DNA of 64,000 nucleotides, taken from NCBI GenBank assembly GCA_976551045.1, contig CDPCPM010000078.1:5580001-5644000 (forward strand), read 5' to 3'. This document shows, piece by piece, positions 61,455-64,000 of the stretch; position 1 is the first letter of the stretch; each line of letters opens with the position of its first letter. Origin of the DNA: Glaucostegus cemiculus. Lineage: Eukaryota. A model generated the notes under the pieces. That model was not told where the DNA came from, did not search any database, and saw only the letters and a list, made by a program, of their open reading frames with translations. The position numbers and the translations under genes were made by a program.

Positions 61455-62800
61455 CTCTCATAGGAGCAGAGGAAGTTAAGAACAGGCATAGGTCATTACC
61501 CTTTTTTCTGTCATTCAATAAGATCATGGCTTATCTGTTATTAAATCCAAATATCTTCCTTTTCTCCATATCCCTTTTGATTAGCAAACATCTATTAAAT
61601 TCCAATTTAAAATTAAGAATTAACTTGGTGTTAATTACCATTTGCAGAAAAGTGTTCTAAATTTCTTCCACCCTCTCTGTTGATAAATGTTTTCTTACTT
61701 TTATACCATTCCCCGAGTCCTGGATTTCCCAATTTGCAGAAATAGTTACACATTAAAAACTTCAATGGAATTAACCCACATCCTAGTTTCTGATATTTTT
61801 CCAAGTAATCTTAGCACTTAGGAATCCAGATACCATTCTGGTAAAGATGCATTGACCTTGGAGAGAGTGCTGTGTATCTTCCAAATGTGAGGAACTCAGA
61901 AATGCTCAGAGGAACCTGGACGTGATCTCACTATGGCTGGGATTCGACTGGTTTTTTTTCCATTATCTTCCATAGTTGTCATTGACACTTTAATGATCCA
62001 TGTACATGCATTGCACCCAATTGGCCCACCACAGCTGCTTGCAGTTCAATATTTAGAACGAGTTCTATCTAGTTCTATCAAATAGTTTGGCCATATCAAA
62101 ATTGATTTGCCACCACTTTGCTCATTCATTCAATTGATTTGTTCAATTTCTGTAATTTATACTGCTGCCGTATGTGATTCTGCATTTGTTTAGGTGTGTT
62201 GACAAATAGGGAATAGTTATGGCATAATAATATCATGGATGCTAGAAAACCCACCCAGGAATGCTCTGCCAGATTGAATACCTACCTATTATCCCTGCTC
62301 TTCTGCTCAACCAATTTCCTAGCCAGGTCAATAGTTTAAATTGCATGAGCTCAAATGTTGGCTAATAGCCTCTTGTGAGGTACCTTGTATAGCAAATCCA
62401 CACAATTAATATCCTGATCCACTTTATTGTAGTTTCCATGTGCATTCTCTAAACATTACTTTAGCTACCGCTTCAAAAAAATTCAATCAAGATGGTCAGG
62501 AATAACTTGCCTTTTACAGATGCACAAAAATGTTCAAAATTTTTAGTCATTCCATCCTTAATTGTAGACTTCAGCTATTTCAACAAAACAGATGTTGGGA
62601 TAAATGTTTATAATTTTATTTTCTTTTACTTCTTGGCTTTCCTAAATAATGGAGTGTTGTGGACAATTTTCCAGTCGAAGGAATGGTTCTTGAATCATTG
62701 CCCATATCCTAACCTTCCAATGTTTTCACCAACTTCTATTAATGTCCTGGATAGGACACCATCATGCCCTAGCTATTTTTCTCCCTATAGTGCCAGTATT
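61455..62800 (-). mobile_element. Very old CR1 LINE remnants
   Basis: CR1-like tail at 61455-61580; DLL.KVPHKRL and G.LFLTILIEFFE remnants at ~62370-62515. Confidence 0.55.
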
Positions 62801-63169
62801 TTTTCTATATTTGTGATATTGCTTTGATTTTAATTTTGCTAACTGTGTATCCCATATTTACTAATGGGCTAATTGTGCTTACCTGTGGTCAGTGCTTTTA
62901 TAATGATCAGCCTTTTGACGCCCAGGAAGTCTCCGACTGGACTGCATTCACTGAAACATCCTTAAAATCAGAAGATGGTGCAGCTGATCTTCTGCTCCAT
63001 GGCTGGACTCTAGGGAGAGGCTGACCCCATTTATTTGAGTGGTGCACGAGTTTTTTATTTAATGTCATGTCTTTAATTATTATCTAACATTCTGATTTTT
63101 AATTATATTTATTTTATTAGATTATTTTTCAAACTGAATCCCTTTTGAATGTCAAAGGCCATCAGGACA

Positions 63170-63366
63170 TTATAGAGACATAGAAAAACTACAGCACAAT
63201 TCAGGCCCTTCGGCCCACCAAGCTGTGCCAAACATGTCCCTACCCTAGAAACTACTAGGCTTACCCACAGCCCTCTATTTTACTCAGCTCCATGTACCTA
63301 TCTAACAGTCTCTTGAAAGACCCTATCGTACCTGCCTCCACCACTGTTCCTGGCAGCCCATTCCAT
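63170..63366 (-). mobile_element. CR1 LINE 3' tail
   Basis: Reverse complement of the 24200-24390 subfamily tail. Confidence 0.85.
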
Positions 63367-63574
63367 CCTCCCACATTCCAGAGATGTATGGGTTACAAAG
63401 TTGTGGGTATGCTATGTTGGTGCCAGAAGCGTGGCGACACTTATAAGATAAGATATCGTTATTAGTCACGCGTACACCGAAACACACAGTGAAATGCACC
63501 CTCCGTGTAGAATGTCCTGGGAGCAGCCCACAAGTGTCACCACTATAGGAGGGACCTTGGCTCCCTCAACCTTC

Positions 63575-63920
63575 TATATCAGAAAAAACATAATCCGGAA
63601 TTTTGGATGTTTGGAGGTTTCTACATCCATGTGATAAAGAATTTTCATTCTTTTCTCATGTCTACCATGACTACTCGAGGATTGATTATTTTTTTATCAA
63701 CGCTAGTTTAGTTCACTTATTATGGATTGTAAATTTGATGCAATTACTATATCTGATCATGCACCATTGATTTTATCAATTAAATTACCAGCTGTATCCT
63801 CTGATGTTAGACAATGGCGATTCAACCCCTCTTTATTACAAGACTCAGATTTTCTCCATTTTATTAAAGAACAAATTTCATTTTTCTTTTTAACTAATTT
63901 TACTGAAGAAAAAACAAGTC
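63575..63920 (+). mobile_element. Internal L1-clade ORF2 fragment (endonuclease C-terminal half)
   Basis: LDVWRFLHP.DKEFSFFSHV...YSRIDYFF...ISDHAPL...WRFNPSLL.D..F: the RIDY and SDH motifs of APE-type endonucleases. Confidence 0.85.
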
Positions 63921-64000
63921 CAACCTAATGGGACTGTGGGCAGTGAGCCCAGGCAGCAAGGCAACCATGAGTAGCAATTGACTCATTCATTTTCTCAGGA

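Noticed and set aside
1-64000. Remaining short ORFs (60-150 aa) as host genes
   Set aside because: They are either translated retroelement fragments or lack recognisable domains and splice support.

Overview
Eukaryotic, repeat-dense DNA, most likely a large intron or intergenic region of a cartilaginous fish (probably a ray or sawfish). That inference rests on CR1/HER1-type LINEs, HE1-type SINEs, Deu-domain SINEs, Rex1, L1 and Penelope pieces, all recognised by eye and not by database search. No host protein-coding gene could be confidently identified. The main feature is a full-length but mutated CsRn1-clade Ty3/Gypsy LTR retrotransposon (15387-19720, minus strand, 269-bp LTRs, ACCT target-site duplication), nested in an L1 3' end that is itself nested in an old CR1. 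Other points of note: Penelope termini with degenerate minimal hammerhead ribozymes, including fold-back mini-insertions; an unexplained 257-bp, ~95% identical inverted repeat; a fold-back hairpin inside a Deu-SINE; a diverged unidentified ~450-bp duplicate; two minisatellites; and a 129-N assembly gap. Boundaries of old repeats are approximate, and identities were counted by hand.
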